Part shown: piece by piece, positions 18,870-29,051 of the stretch | How positions within the stretch are numbered: the first letter of the stretch is position 1 | How the letters are laid out: each line of letters starts with the position of its first letter | NCBI GenBank assembly: GCA_963669175.1 | Contig: OY769902.1 | Coordinates: 3,392,001 to 3,456,000 of the forward strand | DNA length: 64,000 nt | Reading direction: 5' to 3' | DNA from: a bacterium | GTDB taxonomy: Bacteria; Electryoneota; Electryoneia; Electryoneales; Electryoneaceae | Notes under the pieces: model-generated | Database searches by the model: none | What the model saw: the letters and a program-made list of their open reading frames with translations, nothing else | Told to the model about the DNA's origin: nothing | Position numbers and translations under genes: made by a program

Positions 18870-21704
18870 GTGAGTGTATATGGAAAGTGTTTTGTGGCTG
18901 CACTATTTGTACTTCTGATCGATGCAACCGTAAGTATTGTGGAAGCTACTCCAGGTCTGTATTTGGACGGCAATGATGAGTTTATTACCATTCCCCACTT
19001 CGATGCACTTCAAGTAGAGAACGGCGATTTCTCTTATGTCGCGTTTGTGAAACTGGACGGTACTGGAGGAACTCCCGGCGATAATTTAATGATCTTCGCC
19101 CAGCGCGAGGGTTATGACGACGCAATTGGAAATGCCTTCAGGTTCTTCATTGATCGTGATACAGGAGTGTTGCGAAGTCGCTTGGGCGGTGGGCCTGACA
19201 TTGACGATCAGGACCTGATCGGCTTTTCTGACATCACGGATAATCTTTGGCACCAGGTGGCATTTACTCGATCCGGGAATACCTGTCGTCTGTATGTGGA
19301 TGGTGCATTGGAAGACGAAGCAACATTTGATCCTTTTCTAACCGTGCCGACAAGTTATGGGCATCGCGCAGGAGCGGTGATCAGTCCCCAGGGTGATCGG
19401 TATCGTCTGGAATACATTGGTTACTTGGATGAGCTTTCGGTCTGGGATCGCGCTCTGACCGGGAGTGAATTGAGCCTGTTGATGATCAACACCCCGGATG
19501 CCGGCGATGCGGACCTGATGGCCTACTGGGATTTCGATGAGAACACAGGGCAAATCGTTGGTGACGGCAGCGGAAACAACTTCGACGGTCACCTGGGCAT
19601 CAACTCCGACGGCGGCGGCGATGGCAACGATCCCGCGTGGACCAACGACGGGTATACCTACACTGGTTTTTATGATGATTTCTCCGGTGATCTGTCGGAT
19701 TGGACATCCCGAAGTGGTTCCTGGAGTATCAATGGTAGTGATCAGCTCTATGGGTTTTACTCAACAGATTGCGGTACACGAGATTGCATCCAGGGCGACA
19801 TTAGTCTGAATACCGAACATCAGATTAGCGATCACTGGCGCGTGCAACGTGACTTCACTTATGTCGTTGATTCTGGCCATGGATCGCTTCGTCGTGCAGA
19901 GTGTGACCATTCCTTGTACTCTGGTGGGACCAGCAAAACCTCAATCGGGATCGGCGATGGCGGGTGGGGCTTTTCATCCGGGTCCGATGATCGGGTGCGC
20001 ATCGAAATCCAGGAGTACGATGGTACCTGGGATTCTCCAACCAACATGCGTGGAGCCCCTGAGTACGACTATGATTGGGAACCTTCAGAGAACCATATCG
20101 GGTACCTGGAGAAACATGGCAACACGTACTACATCACGATGGATGATCCCTCCCATTATTTCATGTCCTACGTGGACAATTTTCAAAACGGCAACGGTGA
20201 AGTAGGTTGCCATATTTATGGAACCGTTGTGACTGACAATTATACACTTGTTCGTGACTACAGCCCTCCCATTCCCCTGGCTCAGAAAGCCATGGAAGAC
20301 CGGAAATGGTATTTCATTGGTCTTCCGGTGCAGGTCAGCAACGGCAATGCGGAAGCCCTGTTCGGAGCAAGCTTGAACAACACTGATCCGGGAGTGCCGA
20401 ACTGGCGTGTGTCCCGTTGGGATGAATCAGGCTACCGCAGGTACGGTGAAGAGGACAATGGCTTTGTCGACGATCAGGATCCGCCGGACTTTGAACCTGG
20501 TTTGGGTTTCTGGGTAATGCAGGATGTAGAAAATCGCCTCTTTCTCGAGGTGCCCGATGACCTGAACTCGGGTGAGGTGTCAAGATCCACGAGGTTATCC
20601 GTTGATCTGGATTCACAAACCGGCGACGACCCGGCTTACAACCAGATGGCCAATCCGTACTTGTATCGTTATGTCATGAGTGTCTCCCAGATTGAAAACG
20701 TCACTCAAAGTAGCACGGTTGATTTCGCGACGGCTGTGTCTAATGGCTGGGTAAATGGGAATCTTTATTCATGGGATCCGGAATCTGGCTATTTTGGCGA
20801 GTATGAGACAACCGCATACAACTCTTACTATCCCAATCCCTGGGATGGATTTTGGCTGGTAGTAACTACATCGGACCAGTTACGTCTCCTGTTCACTCCC
20901 CAGGGATACTCCGAGGGGGGGATGCTTAGTAACTCGCTTTCCGAAGAACCACCCGAGCAATACGTTCTTCGTTTGGCAGTAATGACCCCGGACAGTGGAT
21001 ATATGGACCGTGGCAATGTTATCGGCATTTGTGAGAATGCTAGTGATGAATATGATCCAGCCGACGGTTTCGAGTTGAGTCCCATGGGCGAGAACTTTGT
21101 CCATATGTATTTCTCGCATCCGGAATGGCCACGCTACAATCGTGCTTATACAAAAGACATTAGAGCTGGCAACCTTGCTTCACCAAAAGACTATGTTGCA
21201 ACTGTTCGAGTATACAATGTGCCAAACCAAGAATTGATCCTATCCTGGCCAGAAATAGACAGCCTTGATATTGATTATGATGTTTCACTTGTTGAAGCTA
21301 ATGGTGAAACGATAGAGCTTAACCTTAGACAACAACAGGATTACAGATTTACAACTGGAACTGAACTAACACAATATTATTCGTTTACATTTCGAATGAG
21401 TGGTTCCTCCATTGATCCGGAGAATGACATATCACTTCCTTCCGAGTTCGGCATACATGATCTCTACCCGAACCCCTTCAACGACCAGGTTCGCATCAGT
21501 TACGGCTTGCCGGAGGCGAGGGATGTGAAACTGACCGTTTTCAACATCCTCGGGCAGCAGGTTGCGCGACTGGCTGAGGGCAACCGTACAGCGGGATTGC
21601 ATCACACCCAGTGGCATGCGAAGAACATGGCCAGTGGGGTGTACCTGGTGAAGCTGGAAGCGGCAGGACAGAACAGTGTGAGGAAGGTGCAGTTGATACG
21701 ATAG
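18870..21704 (+). CDS. Secreted LamG/concanavalin-like protein with shared C-terminal module and T9SS-type CTD
   Basis: Signal peptide; WHQVAFTR...LYVDG...G.LDELSVWDRAL LamG motif; YPNPFN CTD; GTG start after GGAGG. Confidence 0.85.
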   Translation: MSVYGKCFVAALFVLLIDATVSIVEATPGLYLDGNDEFITIPHFDALQVENGDFSYVAFVKLDGTGGTPGDNLMIFAQREGYDDAIGNAFRFFIDRDTGVLRSRLGGGPDIDDQDLIGFSDITDNLWHQVAFTRSGNTCRLYVDGALEDEATFDPFLTVPTSYGHRAGAVISPQGDRYRLEYIGYLDELSVWDRALTGSELSLLMINTPDAGDADLMAYWDFDENTGQIVGDGSGNNFDGHLGINSDGGGDGNDPAWTNDGYTYTGFYDDFSGDLSDWTSRSGSWSINGSDQLYGFYSTDCGTRDCIQGDISLNTEHQISDHWRVQRDFTYVVDSGHGSLRRAECDHSLYSGGTSKTSIGIGDGGWGFSSGSDDRVRIEIQEYDGTWDSPTNMRGAPEYDYDWEPSENHIGYLEKHGNTYYITMDDPSHYFMSYVDNFQNGNGEVGCHIYGTVVTDNYTLVRDYSPPIPLAQKAMEDRKWYFIGLPVQVSNGNAEALFGASLNNTDPGVPNWRVSRWDESGYRRYGEEDNGFVDDQDPPDFEPGLGFWVMQDVENRLFLEVPDDLNSGEVSRSTRLSVDLDSQTGDDPAYNQMANPYLYRYVMSVSQIENVTQSSTVDFATAVSNGWVNGNLYSWDPESGYFGEYETTAYNSYYPNPWDGFWLVVTTSDQLRLLFTPQGYSEGGMLSNSLSEEPPEQYVLRLAVMTPDSGYMDRGNVIGICENASDEYDPADGFELSPMGENFVHMYFSHPEWPRYNRAYTKDIRAGNLASPKDYVATVRVYNVPNQELILSWPEIDSLDIDYDVSLVEANGETIELNLRQQQDYRFTTGTELTQYYSFTFRMSGSSIDPENDISLPSEFGIHDLYPNPFNDQVRISYGLPEARDVKLTVFNILGQQVARLAEGNRTAGLHHTQWHAKNMASGVYLVKLEAAGQNSVRKVQLIR

Positions 21705-21767
21705 ATAGATAGATAGGTAGGTAAATGGTAGCATCGTGTCAGGTTGTTTTTGCAAAGAGGTGAAAGT

Positions 21768-22139
21768 ATGGTTCATGTAGTCAATTCCAGTCAGCTTCAA
21801 ACGATTTTACGTGAAGCGCATGCCCCAACCCTGGTTATTTATCTAGACGAACCGATGAAATATCCGGATCAGACCGACCTGATCGGAGATTTCTGGCGTC
21901 ATCATGACATCCCGGTGAATGTGTGCCTCTTGAATAGCAGCACTCTGAACGAAGTAAAAGATGTTGTCAGGATTAAAGGATCGCCGACCTATCTTCTGTA
22001 CGCTTTCGGTAATACGATTTCGGCATATCACAGGAAGATCAACCCAAAGGACATGGATGATCTTATTCAAGAGATGTACAGATCACAACATGTAGCCAAG
22101 ACATCTATACAGTGGGAGGTTGCACGTGAGTACAAATAG
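21768..22139 (+). CDS. Thioredoxin-like fold protein without CxxC
   Basis: PTLVIY...VNVCLLN...RIKGSPTYLLY.FG pattern resembles the Trx cis-Pro region; GAGG RBS. Confidence 0.5.
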   Translation: MVHVVNSSQLQTILREAHAPTLVIYLDEPMKYPDQTDLIGDFWRHHDIPVNVCLLNSSTLNEVKDVVRIKGSPTYLLYAFGNTISAYHRKINPKDMDDLIQEMYRSQHVAKTSIQWEVAREYK

Positions 22140-22338
22140 CAGGCACATGGGACCATTTAGAGAACCCGAATTGATCCCCATTGACCTTCTGCAGGAGTAT
22201 GCGACGGGGCAGTATCTACCCGACGAACCAGATCCGCCGGGGCTGCCGGGTGGTGGTGCAGGAGCAGGTGCGGGAACGAGCTCAGGCCCCAGCCCGGAAA
22301 ACTCCGGACCAAACAGCAGCACTCCGCCCTGGCCATAA
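22126..22338 (+). CDS. Putative RiPP precursor peptide, copy 1
   Basis: GGAGG then GTG; leader FREPELIPIDLLQEYAT and Gly/Ser/Pro-rich core ending PPWP; near-identical copy at 26311. Confidence 0.72.
   Translation: MSTNSRHMGPFREPELIPIDLLQEYATGQYLPDEPDPPGLPGGGAGAGAGTSSGPSPENSGPNSSTPPWP
22171..22338 (+). repeat. Direct repeat of 26359-26541 (precursor genes)
   Basis: Near-identical DNA from TTGAT(C/T)CCCATTGA to TGGCCATAA; copy 2 has a 15-nt in-frame insertion. Confidence 0.95.
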
Positions 22339-23559
22339 TTTGGTTCTATCTTTTTAAATCTATGACGTTCAACACGGATTCCTGAAGAGAGAATCTGTAA
22401 GCTGAAACGGCGTTGTGGCAGGTCATGATGCGACATTATGCTTGTTACTGTTTCGCTGCTATTCTACAGGCAATGATGGTTCGCCTGGGGTTGTCCAGTG
22501 CAGACAGACAAATGTCGCGTTGTGCCCTGCCATTTGTTTCAGGCGACAGGTTCTATCGGAATGCAAGGCAATATCTCTAGTAGCAGTTAATAAAGAAAGA
22601 TAACAATTCTGCCGAATATATTACATCAAGAAAAAGGCATATCCTTTACTAATAACATCTGTTACGTCAATACTATTGCTTGCAGCTTCCTGCAAACAGT
22701 CCACAGAGTTACATGACTGATAGAACCAGCAATAACAGAGTGGCAGTATGAATACTTACAGGTACACAATGTAAGAGGGGAGACTTTTCTGGTAAGGTGG
22801 ATCATGTGTTTATCGAATGCTAACAATTAAAAATTAATAATATCAAAGGCTTAATCCTGCGATGAGTATTTTAAAAGGACATGTATTTTCAATAGCTATT
22901 CTGTTAACATGTTACTATCAAATGACTTTCGTGATTTGAAGCTGCCGGGTTGGGTATTTTTGCTGATTTTGTGTTTTTTGTGATCCTTGTCACATCGTAT
23001 TTCATTGCTTTTTCTCTATTCTTCAGATATTTTTGAGGTAAGCTGACATTACAACTTCAGGAAGAGGATAATGCGATGAATAATGTTTCAGGGGATGATT
23101 CAACTGGAACACAATTAGTATTATCGAAACTGTATAAAGCGACGAACTATTCATTTGCGATATGCGGTTCTGGTGAAATATATGCTAATACTATTTTTAC
23201 TAAGCGAAGAAATCAAAATGATCTGAATCTTGAGAGCAGTACTTCTTTTGATGTTCAGCCGTTAGGGATCAGAAGAAACAGCAGAATTACAAACGCTTGC
23301 CCCGGCATAACTTCCTTTTGTTCAGTTCGGATCGGTTTGAGAACTTCGTTGTATTCTGACGGATTGCATCCATGTTCAGCTCGTCGAGTCTCGTTTTACG
23401 TTTACAACTCTGTGCAGGAGCCGTTTTTAAGCGCACGACAATAACGTCAGGTTCCTTTGATGCAATGGACTTTTCGTGTAACATAGTTTTTTTATTCGGA
23501 ACATTCGATAAAGTGGATAGGTCCACATCAGTATATGTGAAAGCTGCTGGGAGGGGAAG

Positions 23560-26217
23560 ATGATACGGGGGGATGTTTTGACCGTAAAGCGAGTGCTGAT
23601 TGTCGCAGTTCTTCTGTTAAGCTGTCATGTTGCATTTGCGTTACCGGAAACGAAGTTAACAGCGGATGATGCGGCGGCGTCTGACAGATTCGGTCGGTCC
23701 GTTTCCATCAGCGGCGATTATGCTATTGTTGGCGCCTACCAGGACGATGATGCGGGTGATAATTCCGGCGCAGTTTACTTTTATTATCGGGATGGCGAGA
23801 CCTGGACGCAGCAAGCGAAGCTGACTGGTGATGATACGGATGCCGGTGATGCGTTCGGTGTTTCAGTATTCCTCTCGGGGGATTATGCCATTATTGGTGC
23901 CAGCAGCGATAATGAGGGCGGCTTCAGTTCCGGTGCGGCATTTATCTTTGTCCGGGATGGCGTAAACTGGATACAACAGGCAAAGTTGACTGCGGATGAC
24001 GCGGCTGCATACGACTATTTCGGGTGTCATGTTTCCCTCAGCGGCAATTATGCCGTCGTAGGCGCTTATGGCGATGATGATGGTGGCGGTTATTCCGGCT
24101 CAGCGTATATCTTCGTTCGTGATGGCGTGAACTGGTCTCAGCAGGCGAAACTGACTGCGGATGATGCGGTGGCAAGTGACAGATTCGGCTTGCACGTTTC
24201 CATCAGCGGCGACTATGCTCTCATTGGCGCTTCCAGCGATGATGACGCAGGCGCCAGTTCCGGCTCGGCTTACATCTTCGCACGTGATGGCGTAAACTGG
24301 CCTCAGCAGGCGAAACTGACTGCGGGTGATGCGGCTGCAAATGACATGTTCGGTAGTGACGTTTCCATCAGTGGTGACTATGCCGCAATCGGAGCATACG
24401 GAGATAGCGATGACGGGGAATTATCCGGCTCGGCGTATATCTTCCTTCGGAATGGCGTTGCCTGGAACCAGCAGGCGAAACTGACCGCATCGGATGCGGC
24501 AGCAGGTGACTGGTTTGGCAGGTCTATTTTCCTCAGCGGCGACTATTGCATCGTTGGCGCAGATGAAGATGGCAACTTCGGTAACGGCGCGGCTTACCTT
24601 TTCATCCGGGATGGAGAAAACTGGTCACAAGAGGAGATATTTGCGGCTTCGGATGGGGAGGCGGGAGACTTGTTCGGTTGTTCCGTTTCCCTTGATCATG
24701 ACAATGTCTTCATCGGCGCTTATAAAGATAATGATGATGGCGATGAGTCCGGCTCGTCATATGTCTATCTGCTTCGCGCCACACACTCCATTCCTCGCAG
24801 CGCCTATGTGATGATCGGCGTCCCCTACACTGTCAACGATGGTGATCCCCAGACACTTTTCAGAGATGACCTGAACGACAGCGATCCCGGCGTTCCTAAC
24901 TGGCGTTTAAGTCAATGGGATATGCTCAACCAGAAGTACATACGCTACCAGGAAACTGACTCGCCCGACGTCGGTGGCGATCAGGATCCCCCAGACTTTG
25001 CACCGGGGCAAGGCTACTGGCTATACCAGGATGTGGTTGCCAACTGTGAGCTGGATATTGAGATTGATCAATTGACTGGTGTTGTCCCGCAGAATGACTT
25101 CTACGATGTATTAATAAATCCACCGATGATAGATCCAGCGCAACGTGGTTTAACCATGGTTGCCAATCCGTTCAATTATACCTATGACTGGAGTACGACT
25201 CGTTTCTGGGATGGAGTACAGAGTGTAAGTATCGCCACTGCAGTGGCGTCCGGCTGGGTCAACGGTAACGCGTATACCTGGGATAGTGATGCTCAACAAT
25301 ATGTCCCGATCAGCTATGATGATGTGGATACGGACATTGCGAGCTGGAGTGGATTCTGGGTTGAACAGATAGATGAGAATCGTGAAATATATTTGCGATT
25401 CACCCCCGAAGGGTATGGCGCTGGTTTGCTCGCAGGCGGAGATGATGACAACCGTGGCGAACTCGACGAGGATGAATGGATCTTGTCATTGAATGTCATT
25501 AGCTGCGACGGCGAGAATCGTGACGAGTATAACAGGATTGGTGTCAGACACAACAGTGAAGATGGCTATGATGGGCTTGACGCCATGGAATTTACTCCGA
25601 TGGCTTCTGATTTTGTGCAACTGTATTTCTCGCACCTGGACTGGCCGGTATTGGCAGAGAACTTTACCTTTGACTACCGTTCTACCGACTTCAGTAGTGG
25701 CTCGAAGACTTGGTACTTCACCGTGCGGACATGGCAGTTGCCGGGTGAGGAACTGGAATTGACCTGGCCGGGGATTGAGGCGGTAGATGATGCCTACGAG
25801 CTGCTGCTGTACACCCCGGATAACACTGAGATCGATCTGCGGACTACCGACAGCTACACCTTCACCAGCGACAACGAAACGGACAGCCGCCAGGACTTTA
25901 TGATCGTCTGTCGTTTTGCGGGCAACGATGTGGCTGAGACAGCAGCGATCCCCGTGGACTTCGGCATTCATGACCTCTATCCGAACCCATTTAACGATCA
26001 GGTCCGCATCAGCTACGGCCTGCCGGAAGCGGGAGATGTCAAGCTGACCGTGTTCAACATTCTGGGACAGCAGGTGGCGCGGATTGTGGAGGGGAATCTT
26101 ACCTCCGGTCTGCACCATACTCAATGGCACGCGAAGAATATGGCCAGCGGGATGTACCTGGTCAAACTGGAAGCACAGGGGCAGAGTAGTATCCGCAAAG
26201 TACAGTTATTACGTTAG
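23560..26217 (+). CDS. Secreted FG-GAP-repeat beta-propeller protein with shared C-terminal module and T9SS-type CTD
   Basis: Seven KLTA.DAAA.D.FG.SVSISGDYA.VGA...SGSAYIF repeats; YPNPFN CTD. Confidence 0.92.
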   Translation: MIRGDVLTVKRVLIVAVLLLSCHVAFALPETKLTADDAAASDRFGRSVSISGDYAIVGAYQDDDAGDNSGAVYFYYRDGETWTQQAKLTGDDTDAGDAFGVSVFLSGDYAIIGASSDNEGGFSSGAAFIFVRDGVNWIQQAKLTADDAAAYDYFGCHVSLSGNYAVVGAYGDDDGGGYSGSAYIFVRDGVNWSQQAKLTADDAVASDRFGLHVSISGDYALIGASSDDDAGASSGSAYIFARDGVNWPQQAKLTAGDAAANDMFGSDVSISGDYAAIGAYGDSDDGELSGSAYIFLRNGVAWNQQAKLTASDAAAGDWFGRSIFLSGDYCIVGADEDGNFGNGAAYLFIRDGENWSQEEIFAASDGEAGDLFGCSVSLDHDNVFIGAYKDNDDGDESGSSYVYLLRATHSIPRSAYVMIGVPYTVNDGDPQTLFRDDLNDSDPGVPNWRLSQWDMLNQKYIRYQETDSPDVGGDQDPPDFAPGQGYWLYQDVVANCELDIEIDQLTGVVPQNDFYDVLINPPMIDPAQRGLTMVANPFNYTYDWSTTRFWDGVQSVSIATAVASGWVNGNAYTWDSDAQQYVPISYDDVDTDIASWSGFWVEQIDENREIYLRFTPEGYGAGLLAGGDDDNRGELDEDEWILSLNVISCDGENRDEYNRIGVRHNSEDGYDGLDAMEFTPMASDFVQLYFSHLDWPVLAENFTFDYRSTDFSSGSKTWYFTVRTWQLPGEELELTWPGIEAVDDAYELLLYTPDNTEIDLRTTDSYTFTSDNETDSRQDFMIVCRFAGNDVAETAAIPVDFGIHDLYPNPFNDQVRISYGLPEAGDVKLTVFNILGQQVARIVEGNLTSGLHHTQWHAKNMASGMYLVKLEAQGQSSIRKVQLLR

Positions 26218-26310
26218 GAATATCAGAAGAACAGGCAGATCCAGTTGAAGGTGTATACGCAAGTTTTGTTATTCAACGTGTTACGATACATAGAAGTGAT
26301 GGAGGGGACT

Positions 26311-26541
26311 GTGAAACACACACTAAGGGATATACGTCAACAGTTTGAAGCGCCGACATTGATTCCCATTGATCTTCTGCAGGAGTATGCGACGGGGCAG
26401 TATCTACCCGACGAACCAGATCCGCCGGGGCTGCCGGGTGGTGGCGCAGGAGCAGGTGCGGGAACGAGCTCAGGGTCCAGCGCTGAATCACCCAGCCCGG
26501 AAAGCGCCGGACCAAACAGCAGCACACCGCCCTGGCCATAA
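26311..26541 (+). CDS. Putative RiPP precursor peptide, copy 2
   Basis: GGAGGGG then GTG; FEAPTLIPIDLLQEYATGQYLPDEPD...PPWP; directly upstream of the RRE/kinase/peptidase cassette. Confidence 0.75.
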   Translation: MKHTLRDIRQQFEAPTLIPIDLLQEYATGQYLPDEPDPPGLPGGGAGAGAGTSSGSSAESPSPESAGPNSSTPPWP

Positions 26542-26625
26542 GTCTCGAATGCGGATATGATTGATAGCTTGCAATTATTAGATTCTGATAGTATAAACAA
26601 GACAGCTTTGTAAGAGAGACGTACC

Positions 26626-27471
26626 ATGGCAGGACAGACAAAGACCTGGGAATGGTACAGGCATGTTCTGGCTATTTGCGGAATATGGCTGATCATGTGG
26701 ACTTTGTATGTTTTCAATAACTATCTAAGTACTACTATTATCACGCATTTAAGCTCCTTCTGGGCACATGTCTACCGCAATACAGCCGCCATGGTGTTGT
26801 ATGGTTTTACCGGTTACGAATTCATGCGATCCTACTACTTTGTGGAGAACAAGCTGAAGCCTTGGCAAGTAGGATTGATATGGATGATATTATCTATGAT
26901 TGCAGATTTCTTTTTCTGGAAATCCTTGTATAATCTTAGCTTTTCCTATATGTTGAAGCCTTATTACTTCTGGAAGGGGAGCCTGTATCCCTTGCAATTG
27001 GTAGTTCTGTTTCTGTCCCCGATTTTTGGGCACAGACGTCATAAGAAGCAACACTACCTGCAACTGAAAAAGGAAAACAAGCGGCACCAACGGTTGAATC
27101 GTCCACAGATCAAGGATTCGTACGAAGACTTGCTGAAACATATTGAGCAGCAGAAAAACAACAGTAACAGTAAACCTGAAGAGAAAGCTATGGCGGGGAT
27201 ACAGTATCGTGTTTATCCGGATGTACAGGTGCAGCATGATTTTAATGATCATGCGGTTGTATACGATCCTGAAAAGTCAGTCGCGTTCAGCATGAACGAG
27301 ATAGGCTCCCTTATCTGGAAAGCGCTGGAAGAAAAGGGGACAATTGAACACTGTGTGGAGGTATTGCAAGAGAAGTATGAGGATGCGCCTGACAATCTTG
27401 ATGTGATTGTCACGAACTATGTTGACACTCTGATTCAGAGGGGATTAGTGGGACGTGTTGACACTTTCTAA
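26626..27471 (+). CDS. Membrane protein fused to a C-terminal PqqD/RRE (ScmD-like) domain
   Basis: About four TM helices, basic linker, then AVVYDPE...FSMNEIGSLIWKAL...G.IE..VE.L.EKY...V..L..RGLV; internal ATG at 27190. Confidence 0.78.
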   Translation: MAGQTKTWEWYRHVLAICGIWLIMWTLYVFNNYLSTTIITHLSSFWAHVYRNTAAMVLYGFTGYEFMRSYYFVENKLKPWQVGLIWMILSMIADFFFWKSLYNLSFSYMLKPYYFWKGSLYPLQLVVLFLSPIFGHRRHKKQHYLQLKKENKRHQRLNRPQIKDSYEDLLKHIEQQKNNSNSKPEEKAMAGIQYRVYPDVQVQHDFNDHAVVYDPEKSVAFSMNEIGSLIWKALEEKGTIEHCVEVLQEKYEDAPDNLDVIVTNYVDTLIQRGLVGRVDTF

Positions 27472-28429
27472 ATCACATTACCAACTGGAATTAGGAAAGA
27501 ATCAAACATGGGCGCTGACAGCGTCACCAAACTGTCAGCAATGGCTGGCGGAGTTTGCTCGTATCCTTCAACTGCAACAATGTGAGGGGGAAGCGGTTCG
27601 AAACTTCTGTTCTCTATTCTTTTGTACAGCTTCGGAAACACTCGGTCTCCAGGAATCGCTTTCCCAAAAGGATCAGGAGCTGAAAAACGGGGACGCGAAA
27701 TGGTCTGCTGTTCCACTTGGACGGAATCGTCTTCTCGCATGTCATCCTTTGTCACTTTTCATTGTTGAAATACAGGATACTGATCGTGGTCTGCATTCGT
27801 ACCAGGACATGTGGTATTCTTTACAGCCCGTATATCGTCGCACGCTTGAAATTGGCGGACTTCCGGTCCATGGTGCGGTACTGCTTCATGGTGATGAGGC
27901 CATCCTGGTTGCGGCTTCCGGTGGAACGGGGAAGTCTACATTCGCACGTCATGCCGCTGGTTCATGGCGGAGCATTTCGGATGATGAAGCGATCATTCTA
28001 CCTGCTGAAGTAGGCGGATTTAAAATCCATCCAATGCCTACCTGGAGCGATTATCTGCTTCAGCGCAACAGGCAAACATGGGATGTACAAACCGGGTATA
28101 CCCTGAAAGGGATCACTTTTCTGAAGCGTGCGGAAACGGAAACAGAATCAACTTCACCTATGGGGCAAGGGACAGCGTCCATATTACTGGTGCAGTCTGC
28201 ATCACAAGTATTGCAAAAGCGATGGCAGGATTCAAGTACAGACATAACGGTAGAAAGAAGAAAGAAACTATTCCAGGTTGCAGCAACGCTGGTCAGGGAA
28301 ATACCAGCCTATACGTTGAACGTGAGCAAACGGTCAACCATCTGGGATGATCTGACAGCAACAATTTTAAATGGTCCGACAGCAACGGAAGCGCATGAAA
28401 GATCCCATTCACAACGGCTATCAGACTAA
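27455..28429 (+). CDS. SynChlorMet ScmC-like / HPr-kinase-related P-loop protein
   Basis: PVHGAVL...AASGGTGKST, SISDDEA, HPMPTWSD motifs. Confidence 0.78.
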   Translation: MLTLSKSHYQLELGKNQTWALTASPNCQQWLAEFARILQLQQCEGEAVRNFCSLFFCTASETLGLQESLSQKDQELKNGDAKWSAVPLGRNRLLACHPLSLFIVEIQDTDRGLHSYQDMWYSLQPVYRRTLEIGGLPVHGAVLLHGDEAILVAASGGTGKSTFARHAAGSWRSISDDEAIILPAEVGGFKIHPMPTWSDYLLQRNRQTWDVQTGYTLKGITFLKRAETETESTSPMGQGTASILLVQSASQVLQKRWQDSSTDITVERRKKLFQVAATLVREIPAYTLNVSKRSTIWDDLTATILNGPTATEAHERSHSQRLSD

Positions 28430-29051
28430 ACCGCTACGTGATGTACATCTTCTTTTCTATCGTGGTGGCAGCATGTGGCCGCTCCTGCGGAAACATGACA
28501 GGCTGGCTGTGTGCCATATCGATTATAAAGACATACAGGCAGGGGATATCATTGTTTTTCAATTATCTGCGGAAAAGGGAAATATCGTTCATCGTGTCCT
28601 GACACTATCACCCCAGGGGATAATCACCAAGGGCGACAACAACCCGGACCGTGATCAGGAAGCGGTCAAACCGGAGCAGATCGCGGGGAAGGTAATACGT
28701 GTTCAACGCAGTGGCAGATGGTACTCACTGCAAAACCTGCCGCAACCTTCGAAAATATCTTCAACCTGGCGAGCAGGCATGATGCGTCTTGTGAAAACTG
28801 GACTGTTGGCAGCTCGGCCGCTACGTCCCATTATCACCTGGCAGATTGCCCGGTGGGGAAAGCTCACATCTTACACACGGTCACAGACACAAATGGAATA
28901 CCACCTGCACTTTATGGGTGTTTTCCTGGGCAAGTATATCAAAGGTCAATGGCATATTCGACCCGTTTTCCAACCGCTGATTAACACTGCGCAGTTGCCA
29001 TCCAGCTTTAGCGGACAGGTCTCAGAACATAGCTTCGAGACAGCGCAATGA
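28395..29051 (+). CDS. S26/S24 signal-peptidase-like protein (Ser-His type)
   Basis: GGSMWPLL...GDIIVF...IVHRV...TKGDNN. Confidence 0.85.
   Translation: MKDPIHNGYQTKPLRDVHLLFYRGGSMWPLLRKHDRLAVCHIDYKDIQAGDIIVFQLSAEKGNIVHRVLTLSPQGIITKGDNNPDRDQEAVKPEQIAGKVIRVQRSGRWYSLQNLPQPSKISSTWRAGMMRLVKTGLLAARPLRPIITWQIARWGKLTSYTRSQTQMEYHLHFMGVFLGKYIKGQWHIRPVFQPLINTAQLPSSFSGQVSEHSFETAQ

Noticed and set aside
21701-21726. (TAGA)n/(TAGG)n microsatellite as a phase-variation switch
   Set aside because: Short, starts at the stop codon and alters no reading frame
23640-24770. DNA tandem repeat element
   Set aside because: Explained by FG-GAP propeller blades of the protein
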